Virus record (IMG/VR): IMGVR_UViG_3300048599_000893
Span: 1-37,997 of that record
Length of the DNA: 37,997 nucleotides
DNA from: a virus
Lineage: Duplodnaviria; Caudoviricetes
Strand: one strand, 5' to 3'
Shown here piece by piece: positions 25,701-35,283 of this stretch. Position 1 is the first letter of the stretch. Each line of letters starts with the position of its first letter. The notes under the pieces were generated by a model. That model had not been told where the DNA came from. It worked only from the letters and a program-made list of their open reading frames with translations, and did not search any database. Made by a program: the position numbers and the translations under genes.

Positions 25701-26123
25701 CTACGGCGTTTGCCGATAGACTAATTTACAACTGATCTGGTAAATGCCAGTGTCAGAAATTCCACTTTCGTATAGATAACCCCATTGCACAGCTTCAATT
25801 CTTTCCGCAGTTTTATTGCTTCCCAGGTCTGGAAGTGTTTCGGTTTCCGTTTGTGCTTCAAGCCAATCCGCGAACTGTTCCTGAAAGCCGGCGTTCTCAA
25901 TTCTTTCCAGGTCGTCAGCAGTTGATTCTGATGTCTGGAAAAGAAACGGAAATTCACGCAATGAGGAACCGTTCAGATATTTCTCTACAATGCGTTCACC
26001 AGGTAAAGGAATGAGCGCGTATTGGATCGGTTCTTGCCCTAATTGGTCAACCAATATCAGCGCTCCAGCTTCCAGAAGTGGACAGGTGGCAATAAAGGTG
26101 CGTAAAGAGGAGATAATCGTCAT
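25701..26123 (-). CDS. tail terminator / completion protein
   Basis: immediately upstream of the major tail gene; GIYQISCKLVY C-terminus. Confidence 0.75.
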   Translation of the reverse strand: MTIISSLRTFIATCPLLEAGALILVDQLGQEPIQYALIPLPGERIVEKYLNGSSLREFPFLFQTSESTADDLERIENAGFQEQFADWLEAQTETETLPDLGSNKTAERIEAVQWGYLYESGISDTGIYQISCKLVYRQTP

Positions 26124-26518
26124 GACCCTCTCCCAGCAATGCGGCGTGCACCCGCAATGATCGTATTCCCATGTATGGCTTTCATACGCTGGAACCAGTA
26201 AGGGCCGCGCAATGGGCCGGTTGCGCTGCCAGGCGCGCGCTTACCAAAGTATTGAGCACGCGCATAAGGTACAATCCAGGCCACTTCACCGCTGCCGATA
26301 TCCGTACCCAATGTGCCTGATTTGATAAGCGCACTGGTCAGCAAAGGGGTATAAGGCTCGCAAAGGCGCAGGACTTCGCTGTCAACAAACATCTGAGCAC
26401 GGCCGTAATGGCCCTGCCAGATCGGTTGAAAGCTGTTGTTCCACACTAATTCAGCCTTCATACTGGCCTGATTGATAATGATTGCACCCTTCGGCGTCTC
26501 AATGATCGGTTTTGGCAT
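26120..26518 (-). CDS. minor capsid / tail completion protein
   Basis: AGGAG RBS before ATG 26518; PYTP..T..L..SG...PYARAQY...RGPYWFQRM. Confidence 0.8.
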   Translation of the reverse strand: MPKPIIETPKGAIIINQASMKAELVWNNSFQPIWQGHYGRAQMFVDSEVLRLCEPYTPLLTSALIKSGTLGTDIGSGEVAWIVPYARAQYFGKRAPGSATGPLRGPYWFQRMKAIHGNTIIAGARRIAGRGS

Positions 26519-26931
26519 CAGCTCGCTCCTAACCGCCAATGACGCATGGCCAGGCTGCCCTGATCCATCACATCCACAGAGGTTATCTTCAGCACATCGT
26601 TGTATTTCTTTTCGAGCGCAGAAGCGGTAAAGCTGGAAGATAACTCGTCTGATACCAGGCCCTTGACGATAATGTCACCTTCCTGAAGCGTCCACTTTCC
26701 GGTTTTCGTCGTCAAGGCCTGCCACTGAACCGGTTCTAAGTACGCAGTTCCCCGCCCAAACGGGATAATGATCATCGCTTTATCGGCAGATAGGTTCGCG
26801 CTGCGCAGTTTGTTCACGGCCCGGCGATTTTCCCAATAGACACCTACAACCTGGGCACGCACGTATTTCTCAGAGCGCGTAGCAGCGTCCACATAAACGT
26901 TATAGATGGTCAGGTCGCAGTTTGTTTTCAT
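26518..26931 (-). CDS. head closure / head-tail joining protein
   Basis: position after the connector; N.DLTIYN...WTLQEGDIIVKG...HW. Confidence 0.7.
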   Translation of the reverse strand: MKTNCDLTIYNVYVDAATRSEKYVRAQVVGVYWENRRAVNKLRSANLSADKAMIIIPFGRGTAYLEPVQWQALTTKTGKWTLQEGDIIVKGLVSDELSSSFTASALEKKYNDVLKITSVDVMDQGSLAMRHWRLGAS

Positions 26932-27305
26932 AGCCCTGGGTACATCAGGTAAGTCTGGCCGAGATAGCGTTTAGCGGTTGAGCGAAAAACCTGCTCCCGC
27001 GTCATGCTGGCGCGGGAGTTCGATTTGTACGTTACCGAGTAGGTTCCTACGCTCTCAGAGGCGATACCGTCTGTGTTACCAGAGGCTTCAGCGGTTTGGA
27101 TATCTTCAGCCAGGGCGCAGTTCGCCAGTTTGATCTGTGCGATAGTGTCTGTATCGGTGGCGTCCGTTATCACGCCGGCAGCGCGTTGGAAGGTAAGCTC
27201 GTCGATCACTTCCGCTGCGCGTTGCGCCAGGCGGGAGAAGTCAGCGCTGGCGATGGCAGTGCCGAGATATGTACCAGTATAAAAAGCGTAATCAGCATAA
27301 GCCAT
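26928..27305 (-). CDS. head-tail connector (adaptor) protein
   Basis: MAYADYAFY...ID.LTF.R...SESVGTYSVTY...YL..T.LMY.G. Confidence 0.85.
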   Translation of the reverse strand: MAYADYAFYTGTYLGTAIASADFSRLAQRAAEVIDELTFQRAAGVITDATDTDTIAQIKLANCALAEDIQTAEASGNTDGIASESVGTYSVTYKSNSRASMTREQVFRSTAKRYLGQTYLMYPGL

Positions 27306-27315
27306 CGCCAGACTC

Positions 27316-27579
27316 CTACCAAACCTGCCAGTTGATCACGTCGCCGGTCGTCATGTTGTAAGTTGCCCCACCGTCAGCTACCGAAAGTACGCCGCTTGAG
27401 ATCGATACAACCGCATCGGACATGACGTTCACACCGGAACGGAAAATCTGCACATGAAACGCAGTGGCCGCTACTTTACCGGTAGCGATTGATGCCGCAT
27501 TGGCAGTCGCTTCAGCAGAAGTGACCGTATGCTGGCCGCATTCAGGCAATTTGGATAACCAGTCAATTCCAGTAGGCAT
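27316..27579 (-). CDS. small beta-rich virion protein
   Basis: AGGAGG RBS; head region; Ala/Thr/Val-rich. Confidence 0.65.
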   Translation of the reverse strand: MPTGIDWLSKLPECGQHTVTSAEATANAASIATGKVAATAFHVQIFRSGVNVMSDAVVSISSGVLSVADGGATYNMTTGDVINWQVW

Positions 27580-27588
27580 TGATCCTCC

Positions 27589-28089
27589 TTACGCCGAAGC
27601 GACGCCTTCGACAAAATAGAGATAGCCGGTCAGTTTTCCAGCCGTGAGCGCGGCGGTTCCGACCGTGCAGGTAATTTCTTTCGCCGCACTGGTTTTTACA
27701 CTGGTGCTTTCCGGCGTGTTTGCCTTCGGTACAATGGCCTTGCGGCCAACAGTAGAGTAAGGTGCACCGGAAACGGCCGCGGCGCTGATAATGTCGTTTG
27801 CGGCCTGCACGGAAATAGCCAGGGTGGCGTTCGTTTCACCGGTAAAAGCTGTATTGACATCCACGAACCCACCAACAACAATTGCATTCGCAGGGAGCGT
27901 TACCCCTACACCATGCGCACCGACCGCCGTATTATCTTCACCTGCGCTATCAGTGCCAGCGGTATCAAACGTGTAACGAGCAACGCGCAGGTTTCCCAGG
28001 CCGTTGACATCACCAACCGGGGCAATGTCGGCGAAGTTGTCGTTGACGTCCTTTAGCCAACCGTTGACGGTAATCTGCTTGAGGGTCAT
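27589..28089 (-). CDS. putative capsid decoration protein
   Basis: after the major capsid gene; TLPANAIV...V.TAF...A.TAGK jelly-roll-like pattern. Confidence 0.6.
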   Translation of the reverse strand: MTLKQITVNGWLKDVNDNFADIAPVGDVNGLGNLRVARYTFDTAGTDSAGEDNTAVGAHGVGVTLPANAIVVGGFVDVNTAFTGETNATLAISVQAANDIISAAAVSGAPYSTVGRKAIVPKANTPESTSVKTSAAKEITCTVGTAALTAGKLTGYLYFVEGVASA

Positions 28090-28283
28090 TCATCACCGCC
28101 TTTATTTTCTTCGGCCTTTGGTTCGGCCGGTGTTTCCTTAGCGGCTTTCCCTTTGCCTTTCAGTTTAGGTTCAGCCGGTGTTTCTTCAGGCGCTTTTTCT
28201 TCCGTGTAGCCCACAGATTTATAGCGCTTGATATCCGCTGGGTGAGCGACATCTACTGTCACGCCGTCTTTACAGAGCAACAT
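28086..28283 (-). CDS. small charged protein downstream of the major capsid gene
   Basis: 65 aa; ETPAEPK present twice; ATGA overlap with the next gene. Confidence 0.65.
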   Translation of the reverse strand: MLLCKDGVTVDVAHPADIKRYKSVGYTEEKAPEETPAEPKLKGKGKAAKETPAEPKAEENKGGDE

Positions 28284-28297
28284 GGATCACCGCCTTT

Positions 28298-29185
28298 CTA
28301 GGCTTTTTTGTGCAGGTAGATGCCGTTGACCTTGTTCTCGTACACGAAAGCATCGTGATAGAGACGATACTGCCAAAGATGAGCATCAGCACTCTGGTTG
28401 ACATCCGGGCTGAAATACTTCACCTGATTGAGCTTGATCGGTTGCAAGACGGCATCCGGGCGGATGATCATAAAGTTGATATCCTTGCCGGTGGAGGCGT
28501 TCTTGATGAAACCGCCGGCATCGGAAGTGGAGCCGGCATTCAGGGTGATCGCGGTGTAGAAACGAGTCTGAGGAACTTCGATGATTTCCATGCCGTCGAT
28601 GCTGTTCAAGCGCCGATCAGCGCTGTTTTCATTGCCGAGTGTGCGGGAAATTGCCGCTTCCAAATAGCCGTGAACGGTATCGGAAACGAACAGCTTTGCG
28701 CCATCCATCGGAACCTCGTCGGCGCGTAAAGCAGACTTCGCTTCATCAATCGCGGCCAAAACAGTCGAACTGGAAAGAGTTGCGCCGGATGCAACGACAT
28801 TTCCTGCGCCGGCCGCGTATTTGGCGAAGCGGTAGGCGTCGATTTCAGGGGCAACGTGCATACGCATAAATTCGCGCACCAAGTTACCCAGGGCCAACCC
28901 AAGCATTTCTTCGTTATCCATGCGGTCGAGCTGGAAAGGACGACCACGTTCAATGGCCAGGGTCATGGTTTCCCATGCCGCGGTAAGGTCTCCGGCAGGG
29001 TAGCCAGTCACGCGGGAGTAATTACCCAGACCGACCATAGATAGCTTCAAAACCTTGATTTCGTTCGCCCCCAAAAAAGAAGGCGTTTGGGTCATGGCGT
29101 CCAGCATGGCGGTCTTGCTATCCGCTTTATAAGCGGCATCGATGATCGCCAAAAACGTACTTACAAGAGATACGGTATTTGCCAT
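28298..29185 (-). CDS. major capsid protein
   Basis: follows the scaffold; GLGNYSR..GY..G...FQLDRMDNEE...VAPEIDAYRF...YRLYHDAFV.ENK..GIY. Confidence 0.92.
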   Translation of the reverse strand: MANTVSLVSTFLAIIDAAYKADSKTAMLDAMTQTPSFLGANEIKVLKLSMVGLGNYSRVTGYPAGDLTAAWETMTLAIERGRPFQLDRMDNEEMLGLALGNLVREFMRMHVAPEIDAYRFAKYAAGAGNVVASGATLSSSTVLAAIDEAKSALRADEVPMDGAKLFVSDTVHGYLEAAISRTLGNENSADRRLNSIDGMEIIEVPQTRFYTAITLNAGSTSDAGGFIKNASTGKDINFMIIRPDAVLQPIKLNQVKYFSPDVNQSADAHLWQYRLYHDAFVYENKVNGIYLHKKA

Positions 29186-29188
29186 TGG

Positions 29189-29752
29189 TTATTTTCCTTG
29201 TTCAATTTGCAGCCCAGCACCTTTCATCACGGCTGCCAAAAGTGGATCGCCGGTTACATTATTCCCATTTGTTCCACCGACAATCCGAGGGGTAGGTTGA
29301 TCACTTTCGAACAGGTAATCAGCGTCTTTCTTGATGGTCTCGAGCTGCTCTTTCAGGCCGATGATGGACCCGTCCGCCTCGTTGTACTTGAGACCTTCGG
29401 TGTTCAGCAGGGCCCTGACCGCCTTAGCGTTTTTGGCCTTCTCTCCTGCCAGGGCGGTATCCAGGGCGTGACCGAACTTGAGATCAGCAATCTGCTTCTG
29501 AGCTTCAGTCTGGGCGGTTTCCGCTTTGGCCTTCCACTCTTCGGCAGCTTTCTTGACGCCATCGATATCAAGGCCTTTGAAGGATTCGATCTGCTTGTTA
29601 GCTTCCGCAAGTTGTTCCTTTGCGGTCTTGTTTTCAGCTTCGGCAGTCGTCAATTTTTGTTTGACGGCTTCAACATCCTTGCCGTTCTCAGCCATGATGA
29701 AATCGATCTGCTCATCGGTCAGGCCTTTGGCTTTCAAGTCTTCACGCTTCAT
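29189..29752 (-). CDS. GP20-family scaffolding protein
   Basis: MKREDLKAKGLTDEQIDFIMAENGKD...AKNAKAVRALL...GLKEQL..IK....YLF. Confidence 0.9.
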   Translation of the reverse strand: MKREDLKAKGLTDEQIDFIMAENGKDVEAVKQKLTTAEAENKTAKEQLAEANKQIESFKGLDIDGVKKAAEEWKAKAETAQTEAQKQIADLKFGHALDTALAGEKAKNAKAVRALLNTEGLKYNEADGSIIGLKEQLETIKKDADYLFESDQPTPRIVGGTNGNNVTGDPLLAAVMKGAGLQIEQGK

Positions 29753-29761
29753 TTTCCTGTT

Positions 29762-29841
29762 CTCCTATGTTTCCGCGCCTACCCTTTTTACGAGGTCGGG
29801 TTCTCTTGGCCGCTGCCTTTTTACGCTTGCAGTTAGCGAAA
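29762..29841 (-). promoter_or_regulatory. structured leader of the scaffold gene with two CGTAAAAAGG-containing stem-loops
   Basis: CCTTTTTACG on + at 29783-29792 and 29816-29825, each inside a 4-bp stem; closing stem TTTCGC/GCGGAA next to the AGGAG RBS. Confidence 0.55.
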
Positions 29842-29846
29842 TTGTG

Positions 29847-29967
29847 AAAATAAAAAGCGCCCCGACAACCCATACAGGTTATCGAGGCGCTCATCTCTCG
29901 TGTATGCTCCCCACTTACGGGAACATCAGCTACAATTCGATTGTAGCATAAGATTTAATGTTTTCAA
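29847..29967 (-). promoter_or_regulatory. late promoter plus structured leader/terminator, copy 1
   Basis: TTGAAA-16-TACAAT (extended TG); TAGCTG; 23-nt hairpin; CGAGAGATG; 15-bp stem; TTTTATTTT. Confidence 0.75.
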
Positions 29968-31790
29968 TAACGCTTTGTCCAATCTCTCGCGGCGACCTTG
30001 ATTTTATCAATTACAATTAGCCTTCCCCTTGTTCTAGCTTCTAAAACCTCATCAGGATGAGCAATTCTTCCATCTGGCAGTGTAATATAATACCGAATTT
30101 TTGCACCGGTCAGATCGCTTTCTTTAAATAACTCGGGCTGATATGGAGGCTTTCCCATTGATGGTTTCCATCCATTATCTATATACACATCTCCAACTTT
30201 ACTAAGCAAATCAATTACATCGCCTTCGTCCAGAACGATTTTTCCGGTAATTTCACCTTGTTTTATTGCTTCCAACCTCCTCATATTAGAATACCAATTT
30301 TTCCTAAGCTTTATTTCGGATTGAATTTCTTTCAACGAAGAAAGTCTTTTCTGAAATGCCTCCTCATCTCCAGGACCCCATACACCAGCTATTCCATGTT
30401 CAAATTGATATCTTGAACTTTTTTGCTTATCGAGCATAGACATAAATGTTCTTTCCCGATTTACTAACTCTTCACTATCTGCGTATTTATATACATCTCT
30501 AATGGTACTCGATGCACGTTCTTCTTCAATCCTGTTCAATTCAGTTATAGATTGTTTCCTTAGTTTTGAAAGTTTAGTGTTAGCTACTTCTGGATATTCA
30601 GAAGTTATTTTATCAATATAAGGCAATGTTACTTTTTTCGTTTGGGTTTGTTTTTGTAATCCAGAAATCCACTCGCGGCTGTATTGGCGCGGCAAGCCGG
30701 TCTGTTTCGTGAATGAGCGTAGATTACCCTGCCATAGCTTTAGTTTGTCAATTTCTTTAGATGCGTCCAATCCGGCGGCCTTGAGAGCGCCAGCCTGCCG
30801 CTTGAAGTAGCGCACTTTGCGCTCCATACCGCGCTGTATTTGGGTAGCTTCATAAACGCTGATTTCTTTCCCGTTATAGGTGACGGTCTTGTTAGCGAAC
30901 AACTTCAATTCCTCGCGGGAATAAGCGTTCTCAGAGATGCCTTCAAAGAATGGGTAAAATGAATGCCGGCAACCCCAACCTCCAAGACCCTCACCGGTCC
31001 CGTATCCCGTTGTTTCAGCAAAGTTTTTGTACTTCGCAGTCTGGCCATTAACCTTATAAACCTTACCTTGCCAGCTTTCATGATTGGCCGGACCGGTTCC
31101 GGTGTTTCGCGCTCCGATATGAGCAGACACAGCTATCAGGTCTGTATTCATTTCCACCGCGCGCGCCATCTGCAACTGGCTGGATGTCTGATTGATTCCT
31201 GTTAAAACGGTTCTGCGCATGGCAACATCCAACTGCTCGCGCCGGCCAGATGCGTAATTGATCACCGATAGACCCTCAGAGGCTACCTTACTCACCGCCT
31301 GACGGATAGCAGAGTTGTAATCAAACGCGCCGCTGCTGACTTGCATGTAAGCCAGGTCGGCAGCGGATATGAACGCATCTTGACCAGTAACAGCCGTCGT
31401 CTGTGTCAAGTTACGCATGAGACCCTGAGTGCGCGCCAATCCTGCCGACAATACCTGTGTCATGGCCGGTGACAGGTTCAGTGGGAGCGGTTGCAGGCCA
31501 GCGCGTCGATAAATGTCATCGTCGAACGCCATCGCCTTTACGCCGGCATTCTTGAACAGGTCACGCAGGGTGCTTTCAGATTTTCCAGTTATGCTAGCCA
31601 GTTTCTCAAGAATTCCTTCGTACAGTTTCCCGCTCTCAATAGCGCGCTGCATCTGCCAGGCGGCCGTCGGGCTGGCATAATCCATCTTTGCCAGCCGGCG
31701 CGCGATATCATTGATCACCGACTGTTGGTATTCCTCATACAGCTCGATGATCGGCCCAGGTAAAACGTCAAGGTAATCGGCGGTGAGCAT
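29964..31790 (-). CDS. minor capsid protein (MuF-like) with ~230-aa C-terminal extension
   Basis: VSAHIGAR...HESWQGKVY...TGYGTGEGLGGWGCRHSFYPF...YEATQIQRGMER; the core ends near RQYSRE (~30670). Confidence 0.88.
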   Translation of the reverse strand: MLTADYLDVLPGPIIELYEEYQQSVINDIARRLAKMDYASPTAAWQMQRAIESGKLYEGILEKLASITGKSESTLRDLFKNAGVKAMAFDDDIYRRAGLQPLPLNLSPAMTQVLSAGLARTQGLMRNLTQTTAVTGQDAFISAADLAYMQVSSGAFDYNSAIRQAVSKVASEGLSVINYASGRREQLDVAMRRTVLTGINQTSSQLQMARAVEMNTDLIAVSAHIGARNTGTGPANHESWQGKVYKVNGQTAKYKNFAETTGYGTGEGLGGWGCRHSFYPFFEGISENAYSREELKLFANKTVTYNGKEISVYEATQIQRGMERKVRYFKRQAGALKAAGLDASKEIDKLKLWQGNLRSFTKQTGLPRQYSREWISGLQKQTQTKKVTLPYIDKITSEYPEVANTKLSKLRKQSITELNRIEEERASSTIRDVYKYADSEELVNRERTFMSMLDKQKSSRYQFEHGIAGVWGPGDEEAFQKRLSSLKEIQSEIKLRKNWYSNMRRLEAIKQGEITGKIVLDEGDVIDLLSKVGDVYIDNGWKPSMGKPPYQPELFKESDLTGAKIRYYITLPDGRIAHPDEVLEARTRGRLIVIDKIKVAARDWTKRY

Positions 31791-33208
31791 TACGCCCCGG
31801 TATTAGAGAATAAATCGGCCTGCGCCTGTTGTTCCTGCACCATCGCCAGCATTTTACGCGCCGTCTTTTCATCCTCACCGAAATTACGCATTCTGAATTC
31901 GATGTGGCTCATGAGGCCCTCAGAAAGGACGCGCAGGTCTTGCTGAAATTGCATGTCCTTATCGACGATCACGCTGTCATCGAAGTCAAACGCGGTCGAA
32001 TAAGCGCCTTTGGGAGCCAGGTTGTACAGGGTAGCCCAGACGTCCATTGCATACAAAAGCTGCTCAATGGCGTTCTGCAGGGCCTTTTGTACGCTGGTGA
32101 TGGTCGCGTACGTGCGTTGCTTCGATGTCTTAATTTCTGTGGCGGTCTTGTCGATAGACTGAGGATCAGACAAAGTACCGTAGGCCAGGCCGCAGGTATA
32201 TTCAATCCGCTTCAAGATTGCGTCCAACCCGTTCAGATAATTCTCTTCGCGCAAGGATGGCGACCAATCATGAAACAGACCTTCGGGATTTTCACCAATG
32301 TCACTGCTTCCATTCAACGCCCGGTAAAGCCGTTTCAGCGGAAGTACCGGCGTGCCATCGGCTTTCTTCTCGAAGGCAATCACGTCGGCATACAGGGCGC
32401 GCTGGCCGCTCTCAAACTCCCAAAGCAGGTCGCTCCACAGCTTATCCGCGTCTTTGATCAAATCGACTGCTCGGGAGTAGCAGGATATGCCCAGGGGGGA
32501 AGTAGGTTCGATATTATTGGCCAGCGGGTAGCGGAAATAAGCGAACAAAGGCCGCGCAATGTTCGTGATCGTCGCCTCCGGGAGCAAGCCGGCCCAATCA
32601 TCGACTTCGGTCAAAGCAACCGGGCTGCCCAGGTTGTCAGGCGTTGACGACCGGAACGCCATGTTTCGAATGGAGCATCCACTGTCAGTCATGGAATGAT
32701 ACTCAAGTCTGGTGTAATATTTGTCGCCAATCACGCGCTGATCTGCAAAAATGCAATCAGTAATATCTCCATCCGCATCAAACTTGACCGGGAAGAACAT
32801 ATCAGCTTGAATAAAGTCAATCACGACCTTATCTTTACTGACGTACGGCTTCATCATCAGACCGCCTTTAGCAGCTCCCTTTTCGATCTGTTCCCGCAGT
32901 TTTGGCAACAAGCGAAGATTGACCGCGTCCTGAATGTACTTTGCCCGGTCACTTCCTGTAATGCTGATCGTCAGCTCAATCGTCACAGATTGCGCGATTT
33001 CACCCGCGATAGCAGCCGGCAAGTTCAGGCTTTTGGTATCTGCATTGATCCACGGTGCTTTATTGGCATACATATCTGACCATAAGGTCAGCGCGGCGCT
33101 CATCTCTGGGCTAACGGCAATGTCGGCGCCTAAATATTTTTTTGCATCGTCACGTTGAAACATTTTCTTGATTACCTCCTTTATCCAGGCAATGATTTTC
33201 GAGAACAT
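31790..33208 (-). CDS. portal protein (A118/SPP1-like)
   Basis: between terminase and minor capsid; ANNIEPTSPLGIS; KTATEIK; FDFDDSVIVD. Confidence 0.92.
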   Translation of the reverse strand: MFSKIIAWIKEVIKKMFQRDDAKKYLGADIAVSPEMSAALTLWSDMYANKAPWINADTKSLNLPAAIAGEIAQSVTIELTISITGSDRAKYIQDAVNLRLLPKLREQIEKGAAKGGLMMKPYVSKDKVVIDFIQADMFFPVKFDADGDITDCIFADQRVIGDKYYTRLEYHSMTDSGCSIRNMAFRSSTPDNLGSPVALTEVDDWAGLLPEATITNIARPLFAYFRYPLANNIEPTSPLGISCYSRAVDLIKDADKLWSDLLWEFESGQRALYADVIAFEKKADGTPVLPLKRLYRALNGSSDIGENPEGLFHDWSPSLREENYLNGLDAILKRIEYTCGLAYGTLSDPQSIDKTATEIKTSKQRTYATITSVQKALQNAIEQLLYAMDVWATLYNLAPKGAYSTAFDFDDSVIVDKDMQFQQDLRVLSEGLMSHIEFRMRNFGEDEKTARKMLAMVQEQQAQADLFSNTGA

Positions 33209-35199
33209 TACTTACCTCTCTTCCGCCAGATAAGATTCGTCGCGTATCTCACACGATCAATCGAGTGGTTATTTTTATCCGGGTATTCGCTGATGAAATT
33301 ACCATCCGGGTCCTGTTCGTATTCGTAATTTAGGAACTCTTCAGCGGCGTACGGCGCGCGCGTATCGTCGATGATGATGGCGGTTAGGCCTTGCAACCAC
33401 TTGATTGAATACTTAACGCTGTCAGGGCCTTTTTCAGCGCCCCGGCAGGATGGACCATAAATAATGACCGGATTTCCTTTACCATCAAGGATGGTGCGAC
33501 CGTTTTCATCGACCGCCTCAATACCATCCGCTGAATACTGTCTGAAATCGGCAACGCTCTTCGGTTCCGCGCTGTCCGCAATGATCGTTTCAGCGGCGGT
33601 AACACCAAACTTTTTGACAATGCCCTTGTAAAGCTCAAGGTTATTTTGTTTCCAGGCGCGGTACTCTCCGAAGATATACAGCACCCGCCGGGCAGCATCA
33701 TAATGCACCGGCCCGAAGTCAGCCGGATCCGGATACCATCCCCAGTCACCGCCCCACAAAACATGATCGAATTGGGCGATTTGCTCATCGCTGATCTTCT
33801 CGATCTTGACGTTCTCAAAGACTGTTCCGCCGGCGCTCGACGGGATGCCCAGGTACTCGTGTTCATAAGCCTTTAGATTGACTTCTTTCAGGTATGTTGC
33901 TTCGTCAAGCCAGGCTTTACCCAGCCATTCAGGCGGTACGTCAAGATAACTCGAAAAGTGGATATATTGGTTATCTTTTGGAACTTTGACGTACTTATTG
34001 GCCCAGTTGCTGGACGTAGGTGGGGGGTTGAAGCTCTTGAATATAAACGCGGTATCGCCGCCGCGGATAGCAGATTGTTCAATTTTTCGGATAGCTTCCG
34101 GCCCGTGGAACTGGTCCAGTTCCTCAAACCATGCGATACCGATATACCCGAACTTAGGCTTGATCGATTTGATCTTTCCAGGGTCATCGGCACCGCGGAA
34201 ATAGATTTTCTGACCGGTAGGTTTGTAGGTGATTTCAAGCGGGCTGGTTGTCCGTTTAAATTTGTCGGATAGACCTGGGTAATAGGCGTCGAGCTCGTTG
34301 ATCGCCCAATCCAGTTGAGCGTACACGCTATCCCGCAGGGTATCGGCCACCTGGCGCAAGGCAACTGCGTGCATGGTTGGGTTATTGACCATCAGCCAGA
34401 TAATGGCCAGGCTTTCGAAGCTCGATTTCGTAGAACCGCGGCCACCGTGAAAAACATATTCGATATGCTTTTTATCGCGGATATCACGGTAAGGCGCTAA
34501 AAACGATGGAGCGATAATATCAGCCGGAATTGAAATCGAAGGCACAGCCTCACTAACTTCTTCTTCCGGTTTTTGGGTGAACGCTCCGCTGTAATCTCCG
34601 ATGTTCTTGATTGCTGCCGGCGCGCTGTGAAGCTTAAATTTGATACCATCCTTTGGGCTATCGGCGAATTCTGAAACCCTGAAGCTTCTGTTTGGATCGG
34701 TGAAGGCTTCCATGTCAATGACGACCTTCTTGACTAAGTAAAGCCTTTGCGTCTTGCCGGTATTAGGGTTTCGGTCGATTTTTTCGTCGATTATTTCTTC
34801 AGACGGAAGTGGGTCAGACGTCCATCTTTCGGAAACTTTGAAGAACTGGCGCATATCGTTGCGGCCGAACTCTGACATGCGCGCCTGTGCTTCTGCCTGC
34901 GACATAATTTGTTTTCGCCATGCGGCTTCTTTTTCTGCTTCCGCTAAATTGTTAAGGTACTGGTCGTATGCTTCGGCACGAGCAACCCAGTGGAACTCTT
35001 TAACTTGATAACTCCAACTTCCAGATATCGACTTGGGACGCGGTTTATTTTTATTTTTTTGGCTTTTTGCCCATTCAACAGCATAAATTCCCAATACAGA
35101 CCTGCCCGGTCCAGCAAGACGATATGCTGAAAATCGCTGATACCAGCGGTTTGTTTCGCCGTCCATTTGATCCCAGGGCTTATTTTCAATATCTGCCAC
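33208..35199 (-). CDS. terminase: small-subunit-like N-terminus fused to a PBSX-family large subunit
   Basis: GGRGSTKS Walker A, FRGADD, WFEE Walker B, SFNP, DWG, ADSAEP, NHSIDRVRY; ~215 extra N-terminal residues resembling TerS. Confidence 0.9.
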   Translation of the reverse strand: MADIENKPWDQMDGETNRWYQRFSAYRLAGPGRSVLGIYAVEWAKSQKNKNKPRPKSISGSWSYQVKEFHWVARAEAYDQYLNNLAEAEKEAAWRKQIMSQAEAQARMSEFGRNDMRQFFKVSERWTSDPLPSEEIIDEKIDRNPNTGKTQRLYLVKKVVIDMEAFTDPNRSFRVSEFADSPKDGIKFKLHSAPAAIKNIGDYSGAFTQKPEEEVSEAVPSISIPADIIAPSFLAPYRDIRDKKHIEYVFHGGRGSTKSSFESLAIIWLMVNNPTMHAVALRQVADTLRDSVYAQLDWAINELDAYYPGLSDKFKRTTSPLEITYKPTGQKIYFRGADDPGKIKSIKPKFGYIGIAWFEELDQFHGPEAIRKIEQSAIRGGDTAFIFKSFNPPPTSSNWANKYVKVPKDNQYIHFSSYLDVPPEWLGKAWLDEATYLKEVNLKAYEHEYLGIPSSAGGTVFENVKIEKISDEQIAQFDHVLWGGDWGWYPDPADFGPVHYDAARRVLYIFGEYRAWKQNNLELYKGIVKKFGVTAAETIIADSAEPKSVADFRQYSADGIEAVDENGRTILDGKGNPVIIYGPSCRGAEKGPDSVKYSIKWLQGLTAIIIDDTRAPYAAEEFLNYEYEQDPDGNFISEYPDKNNHSIDRVRYATNLIWRKRGK

Positions 35200-35213
35200 A
35201 CTGATAACTACCT

Positions 35214-35237
35214 ACCCGGCTGGAAAACCAGCCGGGT
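35214..35237. promoter_or_regulatory. perfect 10-bp inverted repeat upstream of the terminase gene
   Basis: ACCCGGCTGG-AAAA-CCAGCCGGGT, abutting the terminase RBS region. Confidence 0.5.
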
Positions 35238-35283
35238 TTTAAATAACATACGTGACCATGTCCACAAACACAGGCGCTCCATA

